A stretch of DNA of 64,000 nt from Clostridia bacterium. Lineage in GTDB: Bacteria > Bacillota > Clostridia > TANB77 > CAG-508. The translations under genes and the position numbers were made by a program. Under the pieces are notes generated by a model. It was given only the letters and a program-made list of their open reading frames with translations. It was not told the DNA's origin and searched no databases. Positions 27,294 through 36,591 of this stretch are shown piece after piece; position 1 is the stretch's first letter, and each line of letters opens with the position of its first letter. The stretch is taken from positions 553-64,552 of the forward strand of contig JAFWKV010000001.1 of NCBI GenBank assembly GCA_017511265.1, given 5' to 3'.

Positions 27294-29228
27294 TTAAATA
27301 CTATGTTTTTTATACTCTTTCAGTAAAGCCTTAAGTGCATCAATTTGCCCTTGAAGTTCTCTTCCAGTATCCGTATCAGCAACTGTTTTACGTTCAGTAG
27401 TTCTAGCATCAACAATAATTTCAGACTGAATATCCTCACTATACTTAATAGCATCTCTAATTGAATTAAACGGATTATTTGCATTAAGTACCAATCCACG
27501 AGAATTATAAGAAAGAGTATAACCTGCCTTCCCTGTCTTTTCTCTGTATGCTTTAGCAAAGCCTCCATCAATAACCAGTAATTTGCCTCCAGCTCGAACA
27601 GGGCTCTCTCCATCTTTCATATTAACAGGAGTATGACCATTTATAATGTGAGAAAATTCATTATCTATTCCAAATGCTTTAAGTAGTTTCTCGCAATTTT
27701 CTTTTTTTACAACATAAGAATAATAAGGTATTTTGTTTTCTTTATGTGTAGTTTTGTCATTTATAAAATAGCGTTCAAATGTTGTCATTTGATCCTTGCC
27801 AAAAAATGGCGAATGTTTTCCACACCACAAATACCACATATAGTCTCTAGCATCTTTGTCATTTCCGTAATATGCCTTTTCTATAACAATATCTAAGTAA
27901 TCTAGTAATTCCTTACCTGCTAATTCTTTGTCAAGTACTTTAACTTTAATAAATTCACCTTTTTCATCAATAGGAATGCAAGCATGTATTAGCAAATTCG
28001 AATTAAAAATTTTATATGTTGAACCCATATCATATAAAAATTTTATATGTTCATGTAATTTAGCACTATTTGCAAAAGAAGTATGTAATCTTTCAACTAT
28101 TTCTTTCTCTTCTTTTGTTAGAGCATATGGAGATTTTGGGTCTATTGTTGGAAAATATGTGTCATTTAATTCATACTCTTTTCCTTTGATTTTTACTGTT
28201 CCTTTTTCAAAATCAATTTTATCCAATAAAAGTCTATTATCTAAGCCATATTCTGGATGTCTTTTTATTAATTGTCCTTCAAGTTTAAATTGAATTATAG
28301 CCATTGCTTTATTAATTTTTGATAATAATTTATTATCGGTATCTGCATATTTGTTATAATCATATATCTTTGGTAAAAATTCTTTACCTGGATCTTCTTT
28401 ATATGTTTGTAAAGCAAAAATTGAAAGTGGCCTTATATTTATTCCATACCTATCTTCTAATACACGTATATTGTCATACCTTGCACAAATTCTAACTAAA
28501 TTTGCAATACATACATTATTTCCACATGCAGCTCCCATCCACATTATGTCGTGATTTCCCCATTGAATGTCTAGATATTTTAATTTCATTAATCTATCTA
28601 TTATTAAATCTGGATATAAGCCTCTGTCAAATATATCTCCAACTATATGTAAATAATCTATTGCTAATCTTTTTATTGCTTTTGAAATTGATTTTATTAA
28701 TTCGTCTGCTGCTTCAAGTTCTATAATGTTGTCAATTATGGATTGATAATATTCTTCTTTTTCTGTTCTGTTTATTGGTGCATGAAGTAATTCATCTATT
28801 ATATATGCAAATGTTTTAGGCAGGGTTTTTCTAACTTTTGACCTTGTATATTTACTACCTACTTCTCTACATATTTTTATAAGTCTTCTAATTGTTAGAT
28901 TATACCATTCCTCTGTAGCTTTGTTTTTATTTTTTAAAATTCTTAGTCTTTCTTCTGGGTAATATATTAGTGTTGCTAAGTCGTCTATTTCTTTTTTTGA
29001 TAATTCTGATTGATATAATGCATTTATTTTTGCTTTTATTCTTCCAGCTCCATTGTTTAATATATGTACAAATGGTTCGTATTCGCCATGTAAATCACTT
29101 AAAAATATTTCTGTTCCTTTTGGCAATTTTAATATTGCCTCTAGGTTTATAATTTCTTCTACTACTTCCTTTGTATTTGTAAATTCTTTACTTAATAATT
29201 GTAAATATGCTTGTTTATTGTATTCCAT
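27294..29228 (-). CDS. fbp: Fructose-1,6-bisphosphatase class 3
   Basis: The ~640-aa length and the N-terminus EIINLEAILKLPKGTEIFLSDLHGEY are diagnostic of the Firmicute class III FBPase. Confidence 0.9.
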   Translation of the reverse strand: MEYNKQAYLQLLSKEFTNTKEVVEEIINLEAILKLPKGTEIFLSDLHGEYEPFVHILNNGAGRIKAKINALYQSELSKKEIDDLATLIYYPEERLRILKNKNKATEEWYNLTIRRLIKICREVGSKYTRSKVRKTLPKTFAYIIDELLHAPINRTEKEEYYQSIIDNIIELEAADELIKSISKAIKRLAIDYLHIVGDIFDRGLYPDLIIDRLMKLKYLDIQWGNHDIMWMGAACGNNVCIANLVRICARYDNIRVLEDRYGINIRPLSIFALQTYKEDPGKEFLPKIYDYNKYADTDNKLLSKINKAMAIIQFKLEGQLIKRHPEYGLDNRLLLDKIDFEKGTVKIKGKEYELNDTYFPTIDPKSPYALTKEEKEIVERLHTSFANSAKLHEHIKFLYDMGSTYKIFNSNLLIHACIPIDEKGEFIKVKVLDKELAGKELLDYLDIVIEKAYYGNDKDARDYMWYLWCGKHSPFFGKDQMTTFERYFINDKTTHKENKIPYYSYVVKKENCEKLLKAFGIDNEFSHIINGHTPVNMKDGESPVRAGGKLLVIDGGFAKAYREKTGKAGYTLSYNSRGLVLNANNPFNSIRDAIKYSEDIQSEIIVDARTTERKTVADTDTGRELQGQIDALKALLKEYKKHSI

Positions 29229-29332
29229 TTAATCACCTCGCAAAAGAAATTATATACTATAGTATACAAAAATGCTAGTATTTTTCTCCAATTTGTGTTA
29301 AAATTAGTTTTAATTCAGATTGGAGGAAGCAT

Positions 29333-31027
29333 ATGGCATTTGATGGATTGAGCTTAAAAGCTTTAAGCTATGAATTTAAGCAATTAATTGGATATAAAAT
29401 AGATAAAGTTTTTGAACCTAACAAAAACAATATTGTTTTAGGCTTATATGGAAATAATACAAAATTTGCATTAAACATTTGTATAGATAGCAAATTTTAC
29501 AGAATTAATTTAACAACACATCCTAAGCCTAATCCTATGCAATCACTTAATTTTTGTATGCTTTTAAGAAAACACATTATAGGATATAAAATAAAGAATA
29601 TTTTAACTTATGGCTTAGAAAGACTTATTATATTTGAGCTTGAACCTTTTGATGGATACGAAAAAAACATTAAATATTTAATTGTAGAACTAATGGGTAA
29701 GCATAGTAATATTATTTTAACAGATAATAATAAGGTTATAATAGATAGTATTAGGCACACAAATACTTCTAGCAATTCTTACAGAAATATTTTTCCAAAG
29801 CAAATATATCAGTTACCAAAATCTGATAAACTTAATATTGAGGATATTATGAATTTTGAAAAATTTTATGAAATCATTAGTCCAGATTTAGAAGCAAATT
29901 CTCTTGAAAAATCTATTTCTAATAAATTTACTGGCCTTTCTATGTCATCTATAAAGTTTTTTATGCAAAATTCAAATAATTCTTCAGTTGAAAGTGCAAA
30001 GCATGTTTTTGTAATGATAAAAAATATACTTAAAGAAGCGGAAAATAGTAATGTCCATTTTGAGCAAATTGATGAAAATGACTATTGCTTAGCACTTAAT
30101 AAAACACAGTCACAGCCCTTTTGCTTAAATTTTTTTATTGATGATTTCTATTATAAAAAAGAATCTGCATTTGATTTTATAACATATAGAAATAGTATTT
30201 TAAAGCTTATTCTAGATAAGTTAAAAAAATATAATAAAAGACTATTAAATATAAATGCAAAACTTATTGATTGTGATAATAAAAACACATATCAATTATA
30301 TGGTGAACTACTCACAGCTAATTTATATAAGTTTAATAATGAGCATTTGGAAAATGTTGAGGTTCTTAATTACAATACAGGTAAGACTGTAATTATTCCT
30401 TTAGATAAAACATATACTGTAAATGAAAATTGTAAAAGATATTATAAAAAATATAACAAATTAAAAAATGCATTAAATATTGTTGAAAAGCAAAAGAAAG
30501 AAACAGAAAATGAATTAAAATATATTGAAAGTGTAGTTTTTGAATTAGAAAGTGCTAAATCTATTGAAGAAGTAAATATGATTTATGACGAAATTGCCGA
30601 AAACAGCTTATTTAAGAGCAAATCTAATGTAGCTAAAAAGAAAACAAATGCCAAAAAGAAAAAGAATAGGCAATTATCTACATTTAATCCTTTAACATTT
30701 GTCATAAATGGATATACTGTTTTAGTAGGTAGAAACAATAAAGAAAATGATTGGCTAACTACCAAATATGCTTCTTCTAATGACCTATGGTTTCATACTA
30801 AGAACATTCACGGAAGTCATGTTATTTTAAGAACAGAAGGTTATTCAAAAATTGATGTAGATATTTTGCTTGAATGTGCTAAGCTAGCTGCAAAACATAG
30901 TAAAGGCAAAAATTCGGCAAATGTACCTGTTGATTATGCTTTAGTTAAATATGTAAAAAAGCCGCACAGTGCAAAACCTGGCATGGTTATCTATACACAT
31001 AATAAAACATTGTATGTTACTCCATAA
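29333..31027 (+). CDS. rqcH: Ribosome quality-control NFACT protein RqcH (FbpA family)
   Basis: MAFDGLSLKAL...KIDKVFEP N-terminus, a coiled-coil middle, and a C-terminal DLWFHTKNIHGSHVIL (DUF814/NFACT-R). Confidence 0.85.
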   Translation: MAFDGLSLKALSYEFKQLIGYKIDKVFEPNKNNIVLGLYGNNTKFALNICIDSKFYRINLTTHPKPNPMQSLNFCMLLRKHIIGYKIKNILTYGLERLIIFELEPFDGYEKNIKYLIVELMGKHSNIILTDNNKVIIDSIRHTNTSSNSYRNIFPKQIYQLPKSDKLNIEDIMNFEKFYEIISPDLEANSLEKSISNKFTGLSMSSIKFFMQNSNNSSVESAKHVFVMIKNILKEAENSNVHFEQIDENDYCLALNKTQSQPFCLNFFIDDFYYKKESAFDFITYRNSILKLILDKLKKYNKRLLNINAKLIDCDNKNTYQLYGELLTANLYKFNNEHLENVEVLNYNTGKTVIIPLDKTYTVNENCKRYYKKYNKLKNALNIVEKQKKETENELKYIESVVFELESAKSIEEVNMIYDEIAENSLFKSKSNVAKKKTNAKKKKNRQLSTFNPLTFVINGYTVLVGRNNKENDWLTTKYASSNDLWFHTKNIHGSHVILRTEGYSKIDVDILLECAKLAAKHSKGKNSANVPVDYALVKYVKKPHSAKPGMVIYTHNKTLYVTP

Positions 31028-31043
31028 CATACAATGTTCTATT

Positions 31044-31571
31044 TTATCCAAGTAAAGCTAATAGAATAAGCAAATATACTAATTCTTCTCCAGTTAATTT
31101 TCTATCCATAAATTCAGTATTAATTTTAAATCTTTTCCAAAACCATTTCATATCATCTTTAAGACTTTCTTTTAATCCTTTTTTCTCATCTGGCTTGTCA
31201 ACAAATGATATATCATAATGGTCAACATCTTGTGCTTTAAAGAATAATTCAAAATCATCTGTTTCCCCTTTATTTAGGTCTTTTATTTCTAAATAATCAG
31301 TTCCTAATAATGTATTTCGTGGCGAATATAAATCTACCTTCATATATTTCCCGTTTAAGTCTTCTTCTCCATCATTTGTTATCTTTCCTTTAATACGCCC
31401 ATTTACAAGTGTTGCCTCTGATTGTTCTATTTGAACCTGTGACGGAGTATTTTCACTCGACCTTATTGTATTATAATTAGAATTTAATCCAACAAATATT
31501 AATATATTTGAGAAAAAATAAAATAATACTATCCAAATAATATATTTGGCAAATTTTTTTAATGTATCCAT
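31044..31571 (-). CDS. Hypothetical membrane-anchored protein
   Basis: N-terminal and C-terminal TM segments. I recognise no family. Confidence 0.5.
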   Translation of the reverse strand: MDTLKKFAKYIIWIVLFYFFSNILIFVGLNSNYNTIRSSENTPSQVQIEQSEATLVNGRIKGKITNDGEEDLNGKYMKVDLYSPRNTLLGTDYLEIKDLNKGETDDFELFFKAQDVDHYDISFVDKPDEKKGLKESLKDDMKWFWKRFKINTEFMDRKLTGEELVYLLILLALLG

Positions 31572-31628
31572 ATTTTTACTTTCCTTTCATTCTATTACTA
31601 TTATAACAGTTATTTACATAAAAATCAA

Positions 31629-31661
31629 GAAAAAAGGCTGTTGGTATTAACACCAACAGCC
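31629..31661 (-). terminator. Rho-independent terminator
   Basis: Stem GGCTGTTGGT/ACCAACAGCC, followed on the minus strand by TTTTTTCTT. Confidence 0.7.
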
Positions 31662-31678
31662 TCAGGTACGTATTTGTT

Positions 31679-31894
31679 TTAATTCACAAGTACTTCATAG
31701 GCTATCTTAAAAAACAGAATGCCAAGTACACATATGCCTAATACTCCGAAAAGCAAAAAGATAGCTAATAGTGGTGCATAAGAAATAATCTTTAATACTT
31801 CAAATAAGACTAACCCACCACCATAAAGAGTTGCTGTTCCTATCACTGCAAAAATAAGAGCAATAAAACAGTCAAAAAAAGAAATTTTTTTCAT
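31679..31894 (-). CDS. Small membrane protein (71 aa from MKKISFF)
   Basis: Two hydrophobic helices. I prefer the internal start with RBS AGAAAGG. Confidence 0.45.
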   Translation of the reverse strand: MKKISFFDCFIALIFAVIGTATLYGGGLVLFEVLKIISYAPLLAIFLLFGVLGICVLGILFFKIAYEVLVN

Positions 31895-32049
31895 AATCCG
31901 TACCTTTCTACGTATTTTTAGATACTTATAAAGTATAACACACTGCTCATAAAAAATCAACTATTAGACAAATCTTGATTAAAATGGTATAATTAAAGTA
32001 TGTACTTGTAGTATTCATGTGTTAGGTATTAATTGAAAGGTAGGTAATT

Positions 32050-32415
32050 ATGCTGTTTTTTTCACCCAAAATGCTTCACATCAAAGAGGTAAAATTACCT
32101 CGTACCCCTCAGGAGTTTGCGAAAGCTCTTATCCAGTGGGGTACAGACGCCTCACATGAAAATTCCTCTCTTCTTTTAGATCTTGATACATTAAGGTTCA
32201 TGAGAGAATGGGCTCTTAGCTACTATGATGACTCGTGTCTCTGCTGTGTTCTACGCGAGTGTGTTGTCATTGGTAGTTATATGCCTTATAACGGAAAAAA
32301 TGTTGTTGTGCTGGATGAACTTCTATTAACATATCCAGATCATCAGCTCTTGTACAACAAGAAGCCAGGAAAGATTTCTTCTATAATGGGCTTGTACGTT
32401 GCTCATCTCATCTAA
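32050..32415 (+). CDS. Hypothetical protein with atypical (higher G+C) composition
   Basis: Clean 121-aa ORF. A sampled 60-nt stretch (32101..32160) is about 53% G+C, against an AT-rich background. It has its own extended -10 promoter and terminator. Confidence 0.55.
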   Translation: MLFFSPKMLHIKEVKLPRTPQEFAKALIQWGTDASHENSSLLLDLDTLRFMREWALSYYDDSCLCCVLRECVVIGSYMPYNGKNVVVLDELLLTYPDHQLLYNKKPGKISSIMGLYVAHLI

Positions 32416-32437
32416 AAGAAAAAAGGAGTAGTACAAA

Positions 32438-32466
32438 AGGGACGCAAACTTGCGTCCCTACTTTTA
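32438..32466 (+). terminator. Rho-independent terminator of the 121-aa gene
   Basis: Stem AGGGACGCAA/TTGCGTCCCT followed by ACTTTTAT. Confidence 0.65.
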
Positions 32467-32860
32467 TGCTGTCTTTTGGGACGGGGCAAAAAAACATCAG
32501 CCTGCTGTCAATGGGGACGTAGCAATTTGACAACCTGCCTTTGGCTAAGTTCCCTTAATTTTTTATATTAGCGCTTGATTGGAATAAGCATTAGAAATTG
32601 TTTAGCTAGAAAATGAGGGATGTTCACGGTACTCGTGTTGAATTATGAATTATAGAAAAATTTGATTTTTCTATAATGAAGAATGATACGCGAGGGACTG
32701 AGTGAAAGAGGCTCATTTTCTAGCCTTACAATTTCTTTGCGAATGAAATGAACAAGCTAATATAAAAAATTAAGGGAACTTAGCCAAAGGCAGGTTGTCA
32801 AATTGCTACATCCCCATTGACAGCAGGTGATGTTTTTTTGCCCCGTCCCAAAAGACAGCA
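32467..32860. repeat. 394-bp nested (Russian-doll) palindrome of the GGGAC-module family
   Basis: The ~105-bp arms (TGCTGTCTTTTGGGACGGGGCAAAAAAACATCAGCCTGCTGTCAATGGGGACGTAGCAATTTGACAACCTGCCTTTGGCTAAGTTCCCTTAATTTTTTATATTAGC) differ at 2 positions. The core equals the 13.2-kb element family, with a further small palindrome inserted at its centre. The right end abuts the mutS stop. Confidence 0.9.
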
Positions 32861-35473
32861 TCACTTCATTTTTTCTTTCATTCTAACCAATGTGTTTAGT
32901 GCATCAATTGGAGTTAGTGCATTTAAATCAACTTGGTCAATCTCGTGAGCTATTTCAGCAAGTTTATAATTAAACATATCAAATTGTCCTTCAACCTGCT
33001 TCTTATCTTCTTTTTCCTGTTTTTTATCTCTTAAAATACTTTTTCTTTCAAGTGTTCTTAAAATCTCATTTGCCTTTTGAGTAACATCTTTAGGTACTCC
33101 TGCAAGTTTGGCAACATGAATTCCATAACTTTCATCTGTACCACCTTTAAGAATTTTTCTTAAAAATATTATATCTTCTCCCTTTTCCTTAACAGCTATT
33201 TGATAATTTTTTACACCTTCTAATCTATTTTCCAGTTCAGTTAATTCATGATAATGTGTTGCAAATAGTGTTTTTGCTCCACATTTTTCTTTGTTTGCAA
33301 TAAAGTCTGCAACAGCCCATGCAATTGAAAGTCCATCATATGTTGATGTTCCTCTCCCTATTTCATCAAGAATTACTAAGCTATTTGATGTGGCTTCCTT
33401 TAGTATTGATGCAACTTCCATCATTTCTACCATAAATGTACTTTGTCCCATACTCAAGTCATCTGATGCTCCAACCCTAGTAAATATTTTATCTACTGCA
33501 CCTATTTTAGCACTTGATGCTGGTACAAAGCTTCCAACTTGTGCCATTAGTGTAATTAACGCTACTTGCCTCATATATGTGGATTTTCCAGCCATATTAG
33601 GTCCTGTAATTATTGCCAATCTATTTTCATCTTTATCCAAATATGTATCATTTTCAACAAAGCTTCCTGTTGGTATCATCTTCTCAATTACAGGATGCCT
33701 ACCATCTTTAATGTCTATTATTCCATTTTGCTTTACCTCTGGCATACAATAATTCATATCTTCTGCAACTTGTGCAAATGATGTTAATACATCTAGTGTT
33801 GCAACAATTGTACTTGAAGTTTGAAGTCTTTTTATATTTTTAGATATTTCTTCTCTAACCTCTGTAAATGCGTTATATTCTAAGTTTACAACCTTTTCTT
33901 CAGCACCTAATACTTTGTTTTCTATTTCTTTTAATTCTTCTGTTATATATCTTTCAGCATTTGTAAGTGTTTGCTTTCTTATAAATCTAGCTGGAACTTG
34001 TGATAAAAATGATTTAGTAACCTCTATATAATACCCAAATACTTTATTAAAGCCTACTTTCAAGTTCTTTATTCCTGTTTTTTCACGTTCTTCCGCTTCT
34101 ATTTTTATAATCCAATTCTTCCCATCTGTAGTTGCTCTTTTTAATTCATCTATTTCTTCGTCATAGCCAAGCTTTATAATTCCACCTTCTTTTATGCTGA
34201 TAGGTGGTTCATCAACTATTGCTTTTTCAATTAAGTCATGCACATCTTGTAACTCGTCTAAATTTTCATGCAATTCTTTCAAATAATCACTTTTACAGTT
34301 ACTTAATACATTTTTCACAGATGGCAATTTTGCAAGTGAACTTTTAAGCGAAATCATATCTCTTGCATTGGCATTACCATAAGCCATTTTACCTGCCAAA
34401 CGCTCAATATCATAAACTTTTTTTAAGCTATCTATAATATCTCCTCTGATCATAATTTCTTCTTTTAGTTCTTTTACAGCACTTAAACGTTTATTAATTT
34501 CAATAACGTCTATTAGTGGGTCATTAAGCCATCTTCTTAGCATACGTCCGCCCATAGAAGTTGAAGTTTTATCTAATACCCAAAGTAAAGTTCCTTTTTT
34601 GCTCTTATCTCTTAGTTTTTCAGTGATTTCTAGGTTTCTTCTTGCATTTATATCTAAAGACATATATTTTGATATATTGTAAATTGTAATTTTGTTTATA
34701 TGTTCTAGGCTTGTTTTTTGAGTTTGTTTTAAGTATTCTAAAAGTGCATTAATTGAAGCTATAGCAATTGATTTTTCTTCTATATTTTCTATTAGATTAT
34801 TAGCTGGGTCTTGTACAGTGAATTTTTCTTTTAATTTGCTACAATCATCTGTAAAAAAAGTATCTCCAAATTTTGTAACATATATATCAAATCTTTCCTT
34901 TATTTTATCCATTTCTTCTCTGCAATCATACATCATACTGTTTACTACAAGCTCTGCTGGATTAAATCTTGCAATTTCATCTAGTACCATTGCAAAATTA
35001 TTTGTTTGCTTAACTTCACTGCTGTAGAATTCACCTGTTGAAACATCACACAAGCTTATTCCAAAGTATATTCCAGTTTTAAAAATTGACATTATATAGT
35101 TGTTTTTTCTTTCTTCTAGCATATTTGATTCTACAATAGTTCCTGGTGTAACTACTCTTATAACATCTCTTTCCACCATTCCCTTTGTTGTTTTTGGGTC
35201 AGTTAATTGCTCACATATTGCAACTTTATAACCTTTTGCTATAAGTTTTGCAATATAGCTTTCTGCAGCATGGTGTGGCACTCCACACATTGGTGCACGT
35301 TCTGCTTGCCCACAATCTCTACCTGTTAAAGTTATTTCTAATTCTCTTGATGCTGTTAGTGCATCATCAAAAAACATTTCGTAGAAGTCACCTAATCTAT
35401 AAAATAATATACAATCTTCATATTGTTTTTTTGTTTCAAAATATTTTTGCATCATTGGTGAATATTCTGCCAT
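32861..35473 (-). CDS. mutS: DNA mismatch repair protein MutS
   Basis: 870 aa, with the MutS N-terminus TPMMQKY and Walker A GPNMAGKST. Confidence 0.95.
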   Translation of the reverse strand: MAEYSPMMQKYFETKKQYEDCILFYRLGDFYEMFFDDALTASRELEITLTGRDCGQAERAPMCGVPHHAAESYIAKLIAKGYKVAICEQLTDPKTTKGMVERDVIRVVTPGTIVESNMLEERKNNYIMSIFKTGIYFGISLCDVSTGEFYSSEVKQTNNFAMVLDEIARFNPAELVVNSMMYDCREEMDKIKERFDIYVTKFGDTFFTDDCSKLKEKFTVQDPANNLIENIEEKSIAIASINALLEYLKQTQKTSLEHINKITIYNISKYMSLDINARRNLEITEKLRDKSKKGTLLWVLDKTSTSMGGRMLRRWLNDPLIDVIEINKRLSAVKELKEEIMIRGDIIDSLKKVYDIERLAGKMAYGNANARDMISLKSSLAKLPSVKNVLSNCKSDYLKELHENLDELQDVHDLIEKAIVDEPPISIKEGGIIKLGYDEEIDELKRATTDGKNWIIKIEAEEREKTGIKNLKVGFNKVFGYYIEVTKSFLSQVPARFIRKQTLTNAERYITEELKEIENKVLGAEEKVVNLEYNAFTEVREEISKNIKRLQTSSTIVATLDVLTSFAQVAEDMNYCMPEVKQNGIIDIKDGRHPVIEKMIPTGSFVENDTYLDKDENRLAIITGPNMAGKSTYMRQVALITLMAQVGSFVPASSAKIGAVDKIFTRVGASDDLSMGQSTFMVEMMEVASILKEATSNSLVILDEIGRGTSTYDGLSIAWAVADFIANKEKCGAKTLFATHYHELTELENRLEGVKNYQIAVKEKGEDIIFLRKILKGGTDESYGIHVAKLAGVPKDVTQKANEILRTLERKSILRDKKQEKEDKKQVEGQFDMFNYKLAEIAHEIDQVDLNALTPIDALNTLVRMKEKMK

Positions 35474-35492
35474 TTGTATTACTCCTCTTATT

Positions 35493-36356
35493 CTATCTTA
35501 TTTTTGTATATTCTTCTTCTAATTCTTCTAATTGCCTCATTTCTTCTGGTTTTGCAGCTCTTGCTGTAAATTGTTCTTTTAATTTTTTTATTCTTTCCGC
35601 TGCTGTTTTTCTTACATCCGCTTCTTTTATTCTTCTATATTCTTCTAGTGCCATTCTTGCTGTAAAATATGTGGTATTTGGAATTTCACTTGAATATACT
35701 ATTTCTGGCTTGTTTAATTCTTTTCCTCTTACATAAACTTCTACTGTACATAAGCCAGATTTTTCAATTGCATCAACTGTTGAAGGAACACCACTATATG
35801 CTTGATTATGGTGTGAAGTTGAAACTAGTCTTCCAAAACCTATTTTATCAATTTGTTCTTGATATCTTTCATGTAATGAAATTAAGCTTTCTAATTTTGG
35901 AACAGCAAGAACTCTTACAGTTACTGAAAATCCCTTCTCTTTCATTTCTTTAATTCTATTTATTATCCTGTCGTTTTTTAATGTTCCTTCAAAAATAAAA
36001 TTGTAGCCTTCATCTATTGATTTTCTTAATATTTGGCCAGTCCATGTTCCTGCATCTTGTTCTACAATGCTTACATATTCTGTTGGATATTTTTTAGCCA
36101 TTTCTATTGCTTTTGGATGATATGGTTTATATTCGTCTGTTGTTATTATAATAACTTGTTTTCCTTGGCTCTCTAATTCATTTTTAGAATATGTAATAAC
36201 TGCGCCTTTTCCAGCTCCTGATTGTGCTCCAACAATTATTGCTATTGGCTCATTACTTGTAAGCATCCCATTAAACACTTCATCTTCTATTTTTCTATAT
36301 ATTGTTTGATGTTCTTCTGGCGTTAATTTGTATTTATCTCTTATATTTTGTTCCAC
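35493..36356 (-). CDS. Zeta-toxin-family P-loop kinase-like protein
   Basis: The layout resembles zeta/PezT: P-loop GAQSGAGKG about 45 aa from the N-terminus, and a helical Lys/Glu-rich C-terminal tail. The Walker A ends GKG instead of GKT/S. Confidence 0.7.
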   Translation of the reverse strand: MEQNIRDKYKLTPEEHQTIYRKIEDEVFNGMLTSNEPIAIIVGAQSGAGKGAVITYSKNELESQGKQVIIITTDEYKPYHPKAIEMAKKYPTEYVSIVEQDAGTWTGQILRKSIDEGYNFIFEGTLKNDRIINRIKEMKEKGFSVTVRVLAVPKLESLISLHERYQEQIDKIGFGRLVSTSHHNQAYSGVPSTVDAIEKSGLCTVEVYVRGKELNKPEIVYSSEIPNTTYFTARMALEEYRRIKEADVRKTAAERIKKLKEQFTARAAKPEEMRQLEELEEEYTKIR

Positions 36357-36378
36357 TTTTATAGTTCCTCCAGCTTAT

Positions 36379-36591
36379 TTAAATATTTTCATATATTTCT
36401 TTTATTTCTTTGCCATATACATTTAATATCTTTTTTATTATCTCTTTGTCACCACTATACATTAAGCTTCTTTCTTTTTTTAGCTGTTCTAATTCTTTTT
36501 TGTATTTAATATCTTCTGATTTTTTTACACAGTCTGCTATTTTATATGCCATTATCTCTACAGCTGAGTCGAAATCTGAATATTCGCTCAT
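36379..36591 (-). CDS. Small acidic helical protein, candidate cognate antitoxin
   Basis: A 70-aa ORF from MSEYSDFDS, directly upstream of the zeta-like gene. Its ATG overlaps the miaB TGA (ATGA). The functional call is inferred from position only. Confidence 0.4.
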   Translation of the reverse strand: MSEYSDFDSAVEIMAYKIADCVKKSEDIKYKKELEQLKKERSLMYSGDKEIIKKILNVYGKEIKEIYENI

